A stretch of 64,000 bases of DNA from Candidatus Bathyarchaeota archaeon (GCA_963807605.1 CAWECG010000003.1:864001-928000), one strand, 5' to 3'. Positions 1-9,709 are shown, counted from the stretch's first letter. The notes: generated by a model from the sequence alone, not told the origin. Numbers and translations are program-made.

Positions 1-287
1 CCCCGACCCGAGACTCCACCCTGACAATCAATTCGAAACCATAACATCCGTAGTGATGAACCTTAAGCAGGGGAGACTCTATATGACCGAGGGAAACCCT
101 TGTAAAAATCAATACAAGTCCGTCCCTGTTGAATTGTGACAATGACATAAAAATGGTAAGATACAGGCGTAAAGGGTCCTCTTAAGAGCGTGAATATACA
201 TAAAAGTGGTAAAGAACTTATCTTGCATACTGATGTCTAATTTCTTCTTTATATAGATTTTAGCATGAAAAGTTCAATATCTGCAAT

Positions 288-554
288 CTAGGTCAATCGT
301 TGTTGACCTACGTTGGTTAGTCTCCAAACCAAGGAACGCCCCACTTTGGTAGGTTTCACGATTGCCTCCTTCCTCAAGATTCTTAGATGGTAAAGTATAG
401 AACGATAAGATAGACCCGTTTCCTTGGAGATCTTCTTGGCTTGGCTAGGCTGCCCTTCAATATATTCTATTATTCTTGTTCGGGCTCGCAAGCCTGCAAG
501 TACATTTCTCTTGGTCGTAAGGTATGCTTTGGGATGGAATGGGAAAACTGGCAT
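288..554 (-). CDS. ArsR-like winged-helix DNA-binding protein
   Basis: HTH pattern AKKISKETGLSYRSILYHLRILRKE. Likely start is ATG 554, directly downstream of polC. Confidence 0.75.
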   Translation of the reverse strand: MPVFPFHPKAYLTTKRNVLAGLRARTRIIEYIEGQPSQAKKISKETGLSYRSILYHLRILRKEAIVKPTKVGRSLVWRLTNVGQQRLT

Positions 555-564
555 GATAGTGTCA

Positions 565-3500
565 CTACATGAAGTCTGCAAGCTCAGGCTGTTTCTTCAT
601 GTGTTTTCCTTGAAATAGGGACTCTATCTCGTCTGAGATTAGTTCCAGCCATTGTTGATAGTAGAGTCCTATTTTATAGTTCTTTACTAGATTCTGAGCG
701 ACATCCAGATATTTTTCGATAGCGCCTCGATGTACAGTCAGGGAGATCTTTCCGCCGCACCGAGAACAGATTCCACGTAGTGGTATTCTTCTGAACTTGG
801 AATTGCACCTTGAGCATCTGAATCTCTGAGATGAGAAGGCCTTCAGATTCCCTACTACGTCTCGCATCAAGTGAGTTGAAAGAACTTTCTTCGCGACTTC
901 CTGCGATCCAACCGCTCTCACTATGTCAGCCAGTCGTAATTGCTCTTCGATCTTGGCTAACATGGATGGGAGGCGCTTATATGAACTCTCCAGATTCCCT
1001 TCGTTGATATCATTCGTGTTGTGAGTAAAGCCTACAGGCGCATAGACATTCTCGCTATCCAGTCGGTTGCCTATTGTGGTGACAATACTGGTTGTGCTTT
1101 TTGAGTCAGCATGTTTGCCTGTTTCATAGAAGAACTGCAGTGGAAACCTGTCTACGACTTCTATGTTGAAGGCTTGTCTTGCTATCTCGTTAGGATTGAC
1201 GATTAGGGAAAGGAGAAGCGGCGCGTCCATTAATCCTCCAATTCGGCTTGGTAGGAATGATTTGGAGAAATTAAGGAGAACGTCAACTAATAGGATAACT
1301 GCATCTTCATCGCCGTCACAATCACGTCTTTTGGCAGCATGCCAGAATGGATGTGCAAGGCACACACTAGCTTTTGTGAATCCAATTATTCTGCCAATAA
1401 CGCCGACTGATGTGTGAGGGGATAGGCCTACAACTAGGTGGCCTATGAAATCTTCCCTTTTCTTGACATTGTAATAGGGTGAAAGGTTGTAAAGCCTCTT
1501 TAGCAACTCGTCTATGAACAATGCGGCCTTAACAAAGTAGTCGCCGCAACTCTCTGGGATAATGATATCTTGTATTCCTAGTGAGAATAGTTGCTCTGGT
1601 CTATATGCCTGTTCACCATGTATATCGTGAGCATAACCAAGTTCGAGCAACTTGTCGTGAGGCAAGCCAATTTCTAGTGGTTTGAAATGTGTCAGCGGAG
1701 CGTTAGTGGCATCAAATCTGACTGTTCCATCCTTGAACACTGAAAGATCGTATTTGGCTCTTAACAACCCCTTTTCTAGAGGTTCAGGCTTCTTGGCGTC
1801 GCTCATCATACCCCGCACGCATTTGACAAGCTCTGGAGGGGTTACCATTCCGAGCCTTCTTGCGGCGAGTTCCAAGAACATTCTGATGTTTACGGGTAGT
1901 TTTTCATGGGTAACGGCTTCAACTTTGCACACGGGGCACTGTCTACTTTCACAATTCCTGCCGCACTTAGGACAGGTTCGTTGTATAACTGTTGGAGAAC
2001 CGCATTTTAGGCATAAATTCGTATGTGTAAATTCATGACATTTAGGACATAATCTTTTCTCTATGTCTACTGACACAAATGTGTTAATTTTCGCTGCTTC
2101 AACAATGTTTCTCCTAGCTCCGCCGGCTAAGCCTATTGGGAAAAGCCCATGAACCATAGGCTTCATTTGCCTAGGATTTGCTTTCTCAGGTCTTCCCATC
2201 CTAGCCCCTATGAAAGTAGGAGCCTTTTCTTGAATAGGTATTCCAGATGCCTTCGTGATATATTCTATAGTTGATGAAAACTCCTTAGGTGGATTCCAAA
2301 ATCCCCCGAGACCTAAGCATTCATTCAGTATTTTACCTTCTGGGAGTATTACTTGTGTACCCTCAACTTCGTGAGGCACACATAACTTCTCAAGTGAAGT
2401 CTTGACTGCGCTATCCAGTTCTGTAAGGATCATCTGTTGTGAAGTGTCGACTTTGTTCAGGGAGTTAAGTAGTTCCTCTCTTAACTGGAGTATCTCGTTC
2501 GTGTTTAGACTATTCCAGAAATAAGTATACCTTGGATGTAGAGGTATCGCAAGAACCTTTGAGAGAATTAACGCTTCATGTGGGGATGGAATGTATTCTA
2601 GTGGAGCAGTCAAAAGTAAGCTAAGTCTTTCATTGTTGATTCCTAATTTATCACTTGCGGTTGCTATGGAATCATATTTGTTGTGGATCTCCTGACTGAG
2701 AAGTTCATTCCACCACTCTTCGACGAGACCAGATGGGGCTAGGGGTTTGTTATTTTCAACGAATTCACCAAATGAGACGAGAATGTCTCCCAGAAAAAGT
2801 ATATCGGTCACAGAACTCGCTATTTTTTTCGCTAGTTGAGGATCGTCAACTCTTTTGACCGAGCCGTTTACAAGTTTTACTATAGGTGGTTCGATGGAAT
2901 CTACGGGTGCAGCAACTCCCGCCTTGCCAGGCTTCTCTATTCGAAGTTGTGTACCGGCAGCAATGAAATCATGCAGAACATGCATGGTTGAAGGGTGTAT
3001 TCCAAGGGCGGTTAATCCTGTATTTCTTGATCTTCCATATCGTAGTCTGAAGCCGCCTGCAGTTGCTGGCATAGAGAAGATTGGTCTCCCGCCGACAACA
3101 TCCTCAAGATACATAAAATCACGGCTTTCTTCGACTTCTGATGTGCGTGGTCTAAAGTCTTTCAACCAGTTCCATCCGCTGATACCCAGCTTTTCAACTA
3201 TTTTCATGACTTTCTGAGTGCGACCTATCAGGCCGTCATTGATAACTCGGAGGGCTCCACCACGAACGCCATTGGTCTCGATCCTCGGCAGATTCCTGAA
3301 AGATGCCACTTCAATGGGGTCTGTCTGTACACCGTTGACTTCCACAGGAAGATTCATTACAACATTTGATAACTCCTCGTCGGATACTTTATACTGGAAT
3401 CGAGATACCTCTCTTTCGTAGAGTCTGAGTTCCTCTACAAACCTGCGGGCCTCGACCTCTGTCGCTCTATATCTATTCAGACCCATTAGATGTTGAATAT

Positions 3501-3987
3501 AGTCCGCAATAACAAGGATCAATGCCATATCAGTTCCGCCTGCAGAGCGTATGGGACCGGCAAAATATACCGCTAGATATCTGCTGCGGTCAGGGTTTGT
3601 CTTCACCCTGATGCTTGAGATTCCCTGTATGGGCGCTATTGTGACTCCCTCGCCCAGCATCGCCAGAGCAGTCCTGATAGCCTGATCTGCAGCTGATTCT
3701 TCACCGATTTTGCTGAAAGTTTGGGCTATCTCCTCGGCTATCTTGAAAGCCACCTCTTCTCTAGGCATGTTCTTGGTTAGTTCCCTAATCCTAGTTGCTA
3801 TACCAAGTGGTCCGACGGATTTCTCCACCCGCTCAGCTAGATCAACTGCAACAATGGACTCTGGCTCGGGTGAAGGATCGTAACCAAGGGAACGTGCTTT
3901 CTGAGCGATCGAGAAACCTTCTTTAAATCGTACCTCTAGCTGTTCCGTGTAACGTCGATACCAATCTGGAATGGAGCTCAAGAGCAC
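565..3987 (-). CDS. polC: DNA polymerase D large subunit DP2
   Basis: 1140 aa with YFAGPIRSAGGT, GFRLRYGRSRNTG, RMGRPEK, catalytic KRRDCDGDED and C-terminal Zn fingers. No intein seen. Confidence 0.97.
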   Translation of the reverse strand: MLLSSIPDWYRRYTEQLEVRFKEGFSIAQKARSLGYDPSPEPESIVAVDLAERVEKSVGPLGIATRIRELTKNMPREEVAFKIAEEIAQTFSKIGEESAADQAIRTALAMLGEGVTIAPIQGISSIRVKTNPDRSRYLAVYFAGPIRSAGGTDMALILVIADYIQHLMGLNRYRATEVEARRFVEELRLYEREVSRFQYKVSDEELSNVVMNLPVEVNGVQTDPIEVASFRNLPRIETNGVRGGALRVINDGLIGRTQKVMKIVEKLGISGWNWLKDFRPRTSEVEESRDFMYLEDVVGGRPIFSMPATAGGFRLRYGRSRNTGLTALGIHPSTMHVLHDFIAAGTQLRIEKPGKAGVAAPVDSIEPPIVKLVNGSVKRVDDPQLAKKIASSVTDILFLGDILVSFGEFVENNKPLAPSGLVEEWWNELLSQEIHNKYDSIATASDKLGINNERLSLLLTAPLEYIPSPHEALILSKVLAIPLHPRYTYFWNSLNTNEILQLREELLNSLNKVDTSQQMILTELDSAVKTSLEKLCVPHEVEGTQVILPEGKILNECLGLGGFWNPPKEFSSTIEYITKASGIPIQEKAPTFIGARMGRPEKANPRQMKPMVHGLFPIGLAGGARRNIVEAAKINTFVSVDIEKRLCPKCHEFTHTNLCLKCGSPTVIQRTCPKCGRNCESRQCPVCKVEAVTHEKLPVNIRMFLELAARRLGMVTPPELVKCVRGMMSDAKKPEPLEKGLLRAKYDLSVFKDGTVRFDATNAPLTHFKPLEIGLPHDKLLELGYAHDIHGEQAYRPEQLFSLGIQDIIIPESCGDYFVKAALFIDELLKRLYNLSPYYNVKKREDFIGHLVVGLSPHTSVGVIGRIIGFTKASVCLAHPFWHAAKRRDCDGDEDAVILLVDVLLNFSKSFLPSRIGGLMDAPLLLSLIVNPNEIARQAFNIEVVDRFPLQFFYETGKHADSKSTTSIVTTIGNRLDSENVYAPVGFTHNTNDINEGNLESSYKRLPSMLAKIEEQLRLADIVRAVGSQEVAKKVLSTHLMRDVVGNLKAFSSQRFRCSRCNSKFRRIPLRGICSRCGGKISLTVHRGAIEKYLDVAQNLVKNYKIGLYYQQWLELISDEIESLFQGKHMKKQPELADFM

Positions 3988-4051
3988 TAGCTCCTAGTCT
4001 GAGTATGTAAGGCGTCCCATCTACCTAAGCTTAACCTCGAACGGTTGCACT

Positions 4052-5086
4052 GTGCACCGACAGTATTTTGGTGTGAACAGTTTGAGAAGTTACGAAGCTG
4101 CATCCAAATTACCCATGATAAGTTTGGGTGACATCCAGATTCCACGATTGATTCTGGGATACCTCCCTTTTGTGGGAGAGTCATACCAAGGACCAGCTAA
4201 GAACGCTGAATATTCTAGAAGATTCTCTAACATCGAAAATACGGTAGCTATCTTGACCAAAGCTGTGAAAGACTATGGCATAACTGTTATTGGTGCTCCA
4301 ACCCCAATTGAGGGTGATTCGGCAAGAAGATTTGTAAAAGCAATTGAGCAGACTTCTCACAATCTAGAGATAGATGTGGCGCTGATTACATGCCTACGAA
4401 TCCCTCTGCGCATAGGAGGCAATAAGATAGATGATTACAGGCGGTGGTTGACCTACTACAAAGTTGAGAGGAACCACGGTGGAAAAGATCTCTTAAGCAG
4501 ATACCTCGGTGATCCGGTGCTCCAAGCAAGAGAAAAGTGGAAGTCTAGATTTCTTGAGAATCTGAAGAATTCGCGTCCGTATTGTGGAGAGCTAGGAAGC
4601 CTTGAAATTGATTATGATTCGGTCAACAGAGCACTAACTGAATTAAATAATCTAAATGTCCTCTTTGTTGATCTTGGTTCAGAGACAGACCTCCTTGCCA
4701 TGGGTGAACGTACGGATCTGCTAGCCGATTTAGTTGATTGTATTTCTGACAACTATGGATATAGATGTCTCTTGAGTTGTCATCATGCAGGGTCAACCTT
4801 ACCGATCTTGGAATCCTCAAAAGTTGACTTCTATGGTTACTTGACTCCACTAAATAAGTTGGGGGTAATGATGTTTCCAACCCAGAGAGCAAGCGAAGAC
4901 GCTGTGAAAAACTCAAAGCAACCTGTAATAGCGATAAAGCCTTTTGCAGGCGGCAGACTACATCCTAAAGTAGCTCTTGAGTATGTCTACAACGAGCTTG
5001 ACATTCCAAGTTGCATGATTGGCGTAGCTTCATTAAAAGAGCTCGAACAAGACGCCTCAACGGCCTTACAAATTCTCTCTAGGTAA
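4052..5086 (+). CDS. Hypothetical protein, aldo/keto-reductase-like TIM barrel
   Basis: IPRLILG near the N-terminus and VIAIKPFAGGRL...CMIGVASLKE at the C-terminus. The true start may be slightly downstream. Confidence 0.6.
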   Translation: MHRQYFGVNSLRSYEAASKLPMISLGDIQIPRLILGYLPFVGESYQGPAKNAEYSRRFSNIENTVAILTKAVKDYGITVIGAPTPIEGDSARRFVKAIEQTSHNLEIDVALITCLRIPLRIGGNKIDDYRRWLTYYKVERNHGGKDLLSRYLGDPVLQAREKWKSRFLENLKNSRPYCGELGSLEIDYDSVNRALTELNNLNVLFVDLGSETDLLAMGERTDLLADLVDCISDNYGYRCLLSCHHAGSTLPILESSKVDFYGYLTPLNKLGVMMFPTQRASEDAVKNSKQPVIAIKPFAGGRLHPKVALEYVYNELDIPSCMIGVASLKELEQDASTALQILSR

Positions 5087-5091
5087 GCCAT

Positions 5092-5829
5092 ATGAGACTC
5101 ATTGATACACATGTTCACATAGAGGAGCTTGCTGCCATTAAGGGGGTTCTTGAAAGAGCTAAGGCTACAGAACTTGTAGCCATAGTGGCAGTTGGCTCAA
5201 GCCTAACATCAAATATGATGATACTCGAATTGACGAAGGAATATAGCGACTTCATCTATCCAGCTATCGGTATACATCCGCTAGAGGCGGGAACAAATTT
5301 GCAAGAGGCTGTCAGACTGATCGATGATAATGTACATAGATGCGTTGCAATTGGTGAGATCGGACTGGATTATAGCTATAAGGTAAATGGCACTCGCCAG
5401 AAAGAGGTCTTTGAGAGTATGTTAGAACTAGCGAAAAGGCATCGGAAACCAGTCTCGTTGCATTCTCGTGGTGCATGGGATGATGTTCTTTCTTATGTCG
5501 AAAAGCATGGCATCCGTGAAGGTGTCTTTCATTGGTACAGTGGATCCACTGAGACTCTGAGGAGGATCCTTGACAGCGGTTTCTATATCTCCGCAACGCC
5601 GGCTGTTGAATATAGTATAAAGCACAGGGAGGCTATCCAAAGGACACCGGTTGAACGCATTTTATTGGAAACTGATACACCCGTAAGATATCGTGGTGTA
5701 TCGAGTGAACCGAGTGATGTCGTTAAGGTCTTAAATACCGTCGCTAAGATCAAGGATCTTGCAGTCAGCCGTTTGGCCGATATCACGACATGTAATGCTA
5801 GTAATCTCTTCAATATACCAATTGACTAA
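5092..5829 (+). CDS. tatD: TatD family nuclease
   Basis: DTHVH, GIHP, AIGEIGLDY, LHSR and LLETDTP motifs. Confidence 0.93.
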   Translation: MRLIDTHVHIEELAAIKGVLERAKATELVAIVAVGSSLTSNMMILELTKEYSDFIYPAIGIHPLEAGTNLQEAVRLIDDNVHRCVAIGEIGLDYSYKVNGTRQKEVFESMLELAKRHRKPVSLHSRGAWDDVLSYVEKHGIREGVFHWYSGSTETLRRILDSGFYISATPAVEYSIKHREAIQRTPVERILLETDTPVRYRGVSSEPSDVVKVLNTVAKIKDLAVSRLADITTCNASNLFNIPID

Positions 5830-5841
5830 ATGTGACTTCCC

Positions 5842-6183
5842 ATGGCCCGTATAGGCTTATTTGAGTTCGCATTCGCACTCAGTGTTGTTGGAGCATTAAC
5901 CCTGATCATATTTAGCCTGTTTCGGCTTTTTGGAATAGCCGATGTTATTATTCCCTACTACTGGCTGATACCTTCTAGGTACCTCTTTCCTGTGGTGGGG
6001 GGGCTAACCGGAGATATCATCATAAACATTGTATGTGGTGTAATTGCACTCATCAGTTCTGGAAAAATTCACAGCCTTGCACGGACAGTTGTTCTAATTG
6101 TTGTTGGCGTCATTGCTGGCGGTGTAGGAGGTACACTGGTCCTGTTAGGTGGTATCTTAGGGCTGATCGGGAAGCTTACTTGA
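5842..6183 (+). CDS. Small membrane protein
   Basis: 113 aa, hydrophobic and Gly-rich TM segments, follows tatD. Confidence 0.7.
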   Translation: MARIGLFEFAFALSVVGALTLIIFSLFRLFGIADVIIPYYWLIPSRYLFPVVGGLTGDIIINIVCGVIALISSGKIHSLARTVVLIVVGVIAGGVGGTLVLLGGILGLIGKLT

Positions 6184-6189
6184 TGTACA

Positions 6190-6864
6190 TCATAGGGTCG
6201 TAACAGTCACTAGCATTTTTCTAAGGACGTCAAGAATTATCGGGGCTACAAAGACTATTATGATTAGGTATGTTGCCAGCAAGCTTAATGTGATCAAAAG
6301 GTTACGAACCCATCTTGGACTCCAAGCCATCCCGAACGGGATGCCGATGAGAAAGCCAATTACATGGGAGACATAAGCCACGCCTCCCGAGAGACCGCTG
6401 TATACAGCAAAGACATTGTATAGAAAATAGATTATTGCTACCAGACCAACTGGAAGAAAAAGAAAGAGCCAAGAAAATTTAAGTGGTTTTACAAGCATGG
6501 CCGTTGCTGCCAATGTGAATATAGCAGCAGAGGCTCCTACAAGCGGGATGTTGGGTGGGTAGAAAGGTATTCCAAAGATTAACGTCGTGACACCTCCTAT
6601 AAAGAATGCTACTAGTGTATTCCTTCCACCTACAATGTTCTCTAAAGTGTTGCCGAACACATAGAGGAATAACATATTGCCCAGCAAATGAATCAGATTT
6701 GCATGTACAAAGAGGGTTGTGATTAGGGTCCAGATTCTCCCTGCTTCGAGGTTTGTTGTGCTGAAGGAAAGCAGGTTAGTTGTCTGCGGGTTTGCTGCCC
6801 AAACAAACAAACTGACTAACACGCATATTAGAATCAAGTTATTTGTCTGACTCGTCTTAATCAC
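6190..6864 (-). CDS. Rhomboid family intramembrane serine protease
   Basis: HANLIHLLGNM, GASAA (catalytic Ser) and SHVIG (catalytic His). Confidence 0.92.
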   Translation of the reverse strand: MIKTSQTNNLILICVLVSLFVWAANPQTTNLLSFSTTNLEAGRIWTLITTLFVHANLIHLLGNMLFLYVFGNTLENIVGGRNTLVAFFIGGVTTLIFGIPFYPPNIPLVGASAAIFTLAATAMLVKPLKFSWLFLFLPVGLVAIIYFLYNVFAVYSGLSGGVAYVSHVIGFLIGIPFGMAWSPRWVRNLLITLSLLATYLIIIVFVAPIILDVLRKMLVTVTTL

Positions 6865-6973
6865 CTGCGCGTCGAGTATATCACTACAACAAAGACTGCT
6901 ACAAAAGCTCTCGATAGGCGAGAGGCTAAGGGAAGCGGCCTAATTTGGATTGTCTCAAACTGATCATCTTGGC

Positions 6974-7468
6974 TCAGCTTGCTTGTACCTCCTCCTTTCG
7001 CTCACTAGCAACAAAGGCTCTGGGGATAGCCCTTACACTTGAATCTCCGGTCTTGGAAAGCGGTGATTCTGCAGGGGCTGTCGGACTTATTGGAGGTTGC
7101 CCGAAGCTGACGGGCGCTTGACCCTGTGTCTGTTGCATCACCTGAGCCATCTCGGGAGTCCATTGGACGATTTTACGTTCTTGAGGTAGCTGGAGCTGGA
7201 TCCGCTCGACACCCTTTTCGAGTACGCCCAGTCCCTTCTCGACAAGTTTGATGACGCCCTTGCCTTGAGAGGAGTCGCCCAAGAGGCCAGCCTCTTTGAT
7301 TGCTTGGACGGTCTCGGTTAGGGTTTGGACTTGGGTCTTGAGTTGGCCGATTGGATCGGGTACACGTGCGCGCGTGCTAAGGCTTTTTCGTTCCAATATA
7401 TCAGCGCTCGGGCGAAAATGAAATGCTAAGCTGGGTATGCACCAAGTGTGGTAAGACGGTAGCCACAA
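6974..7468 (-). CDS. Hypothetical protein (coiled coil plus P/Q-rich tail), possibly a 5'-truncated remnant
   Basis: Protein-like composition from PDPIGQLK onwards. The N-terminal part looks non-coding and the start is uncertain. Confidence 0.45.
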   Translation of the reverse strand: MWLPSYHTWCIPSLAFHFRPSADILERKSLSTRARVPDPIGQLKTQVQTLTETVQAIKEAGLLGDSSQGKGVIKLVEKGLGVLEKGVERIQLQLPQERKIVQWTPEMAQVMQQTQGQAPVSFGQPPISPTAPAESPLSKTGDSSVRAIPRAFVASERKEEVQAS

Positions 7469-7629
7469 CGCCGACGCTTTTGGATACGATGGATAAACTT
7501 GCAGGGAAAGTCAAGCCTGCTATTAGATGGCACGCTTTTGGGGCAAATTTCTATATAGTATTCGAGCGCACGAAAACCCCTCTAGCCATGCTCTATCTTC
7601 TTCCAGAGTTCAGGATACTTACTCGCTAG
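7423..7629 (+). CDS. Small hypothetical protein with CxxC
   Basis: ATG start, WVCTKCGK. Overlaps both neighbours. Confidence 0.3.
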   Translation: MLSWVCTKCGKTVATTPTLLDTMDKLAGKVKPAIRWHAFGANFYIVFERTKTPLAMLYLLPEFRILTR

Positions 7630-7872
7630 GCTGTCCTCGATGAGCGAGGCCGAGACTTTACTGATATTGAATTCCGGTTGTGTCTTACGTAGGTAGAGAA
7701 GGAGAGCTTTCGCCTTTGGGCTGACTAGGGTTATGCGTGGCTCTGCTTGTGCTAGCGTTTGGGCGTCCTTCCATGCGTCGGTGGTTGCTGCTTCAGGCTT
7801 CTCTTGGCTCTTGGTAGGTGGAGGCCCGAAGATTGTTTCAAGACCTCTTCCTAGACATGGCTTCTTACTCAC
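7582..7872 (-). CDS. Small ParA partner protein (LGRGL N-terminal peptide, RHH-like C-terminus)
   Basis: MSKKPCLGRGLETIFG resembles the ParA-stimulating N-terminal peptide of ParB. Start overlaps the parA stop (GTGA). Confidence 0.7.
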   Translation of the reverse strand: MSKKPCLGRGLETIFGPPPTKSQEKPEAATTDAWKDAQTLAQAEPRITLVSPKAKALLLYLRKTQPEFNISKVSASLIEDSLASKYPELWKKIEHG

Positions 7873-8625
7873 TTGCCTACCACCTCCCGCGCTAGTTGTC
7901 GGTAGGCTTCGCAGCCTGCGGAGTGAGGCGCGTATACTGTGATAGGCTTCAAGAAGGACGGCGCCTCTGCAAGCTTGACGCTTCTGGGAATCATCGTCTT
8001 GAAGACGTGTCCTGAGAAGTGCTTCCTAACCTGAGCTATGACCTCGCTGTCTAGGCGTCTGCGCTGGTCTACCATGGTGAGGAGAACCCCCCTAAGATTC
8101 ACAGTCTTGCCCAGCCTGATCTTGACCGTCTCAATGGTCTGGCATCAGTTTAGGCATGGCCTCAAGTCCGCCCCAATACTCGGTCTGACAGGGTATGATT
8201 ATCGAGTCAGCAGCGACTAGGCTGTTTACAGTGAGCAAGCCTAAGGATGGAGGCGAGTCTATGAGTATGAAGTCAAATCGGTCTTTGATGGGTGCTAGGC
8301 TCTCAGCTAGAATCTTCTCCCTACCGATGACACCAGCCAGTTCAACCTCTAAGGCTGCCGCGTTGATGTGTGAGGGTAAGAGCCAGACGTTTGGAACCGC
8401 CTCAATTTGGACTATTGCACTTGACGTGGGAGTTTTTTCAGACATGACGTCATAGATGGTTGAGCTTCCAGCGTTCCCGAAGCCGTTGGTTAAGGTCGCT
8501 TGTGGGTCAAAGTCTACGGCAAGGACTTTCTTTCCCAGCTCACCCAATGCAGGCGTTAGGTTGTAAACAGTGGTTGTCTTGGAGCATCCACCCTTCTGCA
8601 TGAGTATGCTTATGACTTCGCCCAT
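7869..8625 (-). pseudogene. parA: ParA/Soj/SegA family ATPase split by a 1-nt insertion (frameshift or sequence error)
   Basis: QKGGCSKTT Walker A, VDFDPQ, IDSPPSLG, then IPRSVKLAEAPS in the next frame. Removing one base at 8141-8142 gives ...KLMQTIETVKIRLGKTVNLRGVLLTM. Confidence 0.9.
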
Positions 8626-8687
8626 AATTATCGTATACAGTATACCATATAACTACCATATATGATATATAGTATACACCTAGGGTT

Positions 8688-8701
8688 TTCGTCCGGACGA
8701 A
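8688..8701. promoter_or_regulatory. Perfect 14-bp palindrome TTCGTCCGGACGAA upstream of parA
   Basis: Directly visible, next to an AT-rich GTATAC/TACCATATA repeat tract (8633-8677). Confidence 0.55.
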
Positions 8702-8722
8702 CAAATATAAATTCTTTGGTTT

Positions 8723-9037
8723 CTACCTTGTCAGAATAATTATCTCTCTTCCGCACCTGTCGCAATACCTCGCTTGTAGATCCTCAAGTTGAGATCCGCA
8801 TGAGTCACAAAACTTCGACGGGGCCTTCTCAATCAATGGAAGTCTCTCAAAGTCTATCCTAGGCGTTTGGTATCCGGCTAGACCTCGCCACGCAAGACGT
8901 GAGATCATCTCCGAGAAACTAGGGATCGGTCTTTCTCGACCTCTCACCTCATCAATCTTGAAAGCCAGCTTCTCGTCCATGTAGATGGTTCTTCTCAAGC
9001 CTATTCGCTCTGAGGTATGAAGGTATGAGCTTATCAC
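8723..9037 (-). CDS. RHH-like DNA-binding protein with C-terminal double zinc ribbon
   Basis: RRTIYMDEKL...SFSEMISRL followed by CDSCG...CDRCG. Real start is probably TTG near 8998. Confidence 0.65.
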   Translation of the reverse strand: MISSYLHTSERIGLRRTIYMDEKLAFKIDEVRGRERPIPSFSEMISRLAWRGLAGYQTPRIDFERLPLIEKAPSKFCDSCGSQLEDLQARYCDRCGREIIILTR

Positions 9038-9094
9038 ACTTCGTATGAAGGTATGAGGAAGTCACACAAAGTATGAAAGTATGAAAAGCACAAA
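9015..9094. repeat. Three tandem ~28-bp iteron-like repeats, each with two GTATGA
   Basis: GTATGA at 9015, 9023, 9043, 9051, 9071 and 9079 (8-bp and 28-bp periodicity). Confidence 0.85.
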
Positions 9095-9424
9095 TACTGA
9101 CGCAGCAATCATGATCATCAGCGTGAAAATGAGTCGTGACAAGATAACTACTGTAAACAGTAACACCGCTATTATTCCGTACAATTTCAAGCGGTGAGGT
9201 GGCTTTCTTCAGCCTTCGATCGAACTCAGGTAAGATTAATGCAATCGTCATAATAGTGATCAGTACAAGCTCTCCGATACCTAGGAGCATGTTACTAGCC
9301 TAGGAATTTCATACTGAGGACTGCCCTCAATTTGCCGCATACTGGTCTTTTTAACACAAACCAGTTAAGAATCCCGTATCAGAGGGGAACTATTTTCATC
9401 CAACAAGCTGATTCGTGTAAAATA

Positions 9425-9685
9425 CTACGCTTCTTGGGGTTGTTCTGAGGGAGTTTTTACACCGTAATACTTGTCAGTAAATTTGCAGTAGACATCGACC
9501 ATACTTGATGGTGGTATAACAGGAAATTCTTCCTTGATTTTGCAGGATCCGCATTGAACAAGCGCTTTGTCAGATCCCTTCTTCATAATAACCTTCACAG
9601 ATTCTTCACCGCATGCTGGACATGTAAAGATCGTTGGAAGTTTCTTCTTTACAATTTTAACTACTCTTCGTTTCCTTCGACCCAT
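9425..9685 (-). CDS. elf1: Transcription elongation factor Elf1
   Basis: MGRRKRR...LPTIFTCPACG...CGSC...VDVYCKFTD. Confidence 0.92.
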   Translation of the reverse strand: MGRRKRRVVKIVKKKLPTIFTCPACGEESVKVIMKKGSDKALVQCGSCKIKEEFPVIPPSSMVDVYCKFTDKYYGVKTPSEQPQEA

Positions 9686-9709
9686 CTCTTTTTTTCACCT
9701 AAATCTTAT

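Noticed and set aside
1-110. GC-rich start and C/D-box-like words (CTGA, GTGATGA), possibly the edge of a stable RNA
   Set aside because: Truncated by the window edge; no complete tRNA, SRP or C/D architecture can be shown.
565-3987. Intein in PolD DP2
   Set aside because: Length and motif continuity around KRRDCDGDED show no insertion.
9015-9094. CRISPR array
   Set aside because: Units are only 28 bp with no unique 30-40-bp spacers, and there are no cas genes.
8952-9290. TatA-like membrane peptide (LGIGELVLITI...)
   Set aside because: The similarity is limited to a generic hydrophobic stretch, and the ORF runs into the repeat tract.
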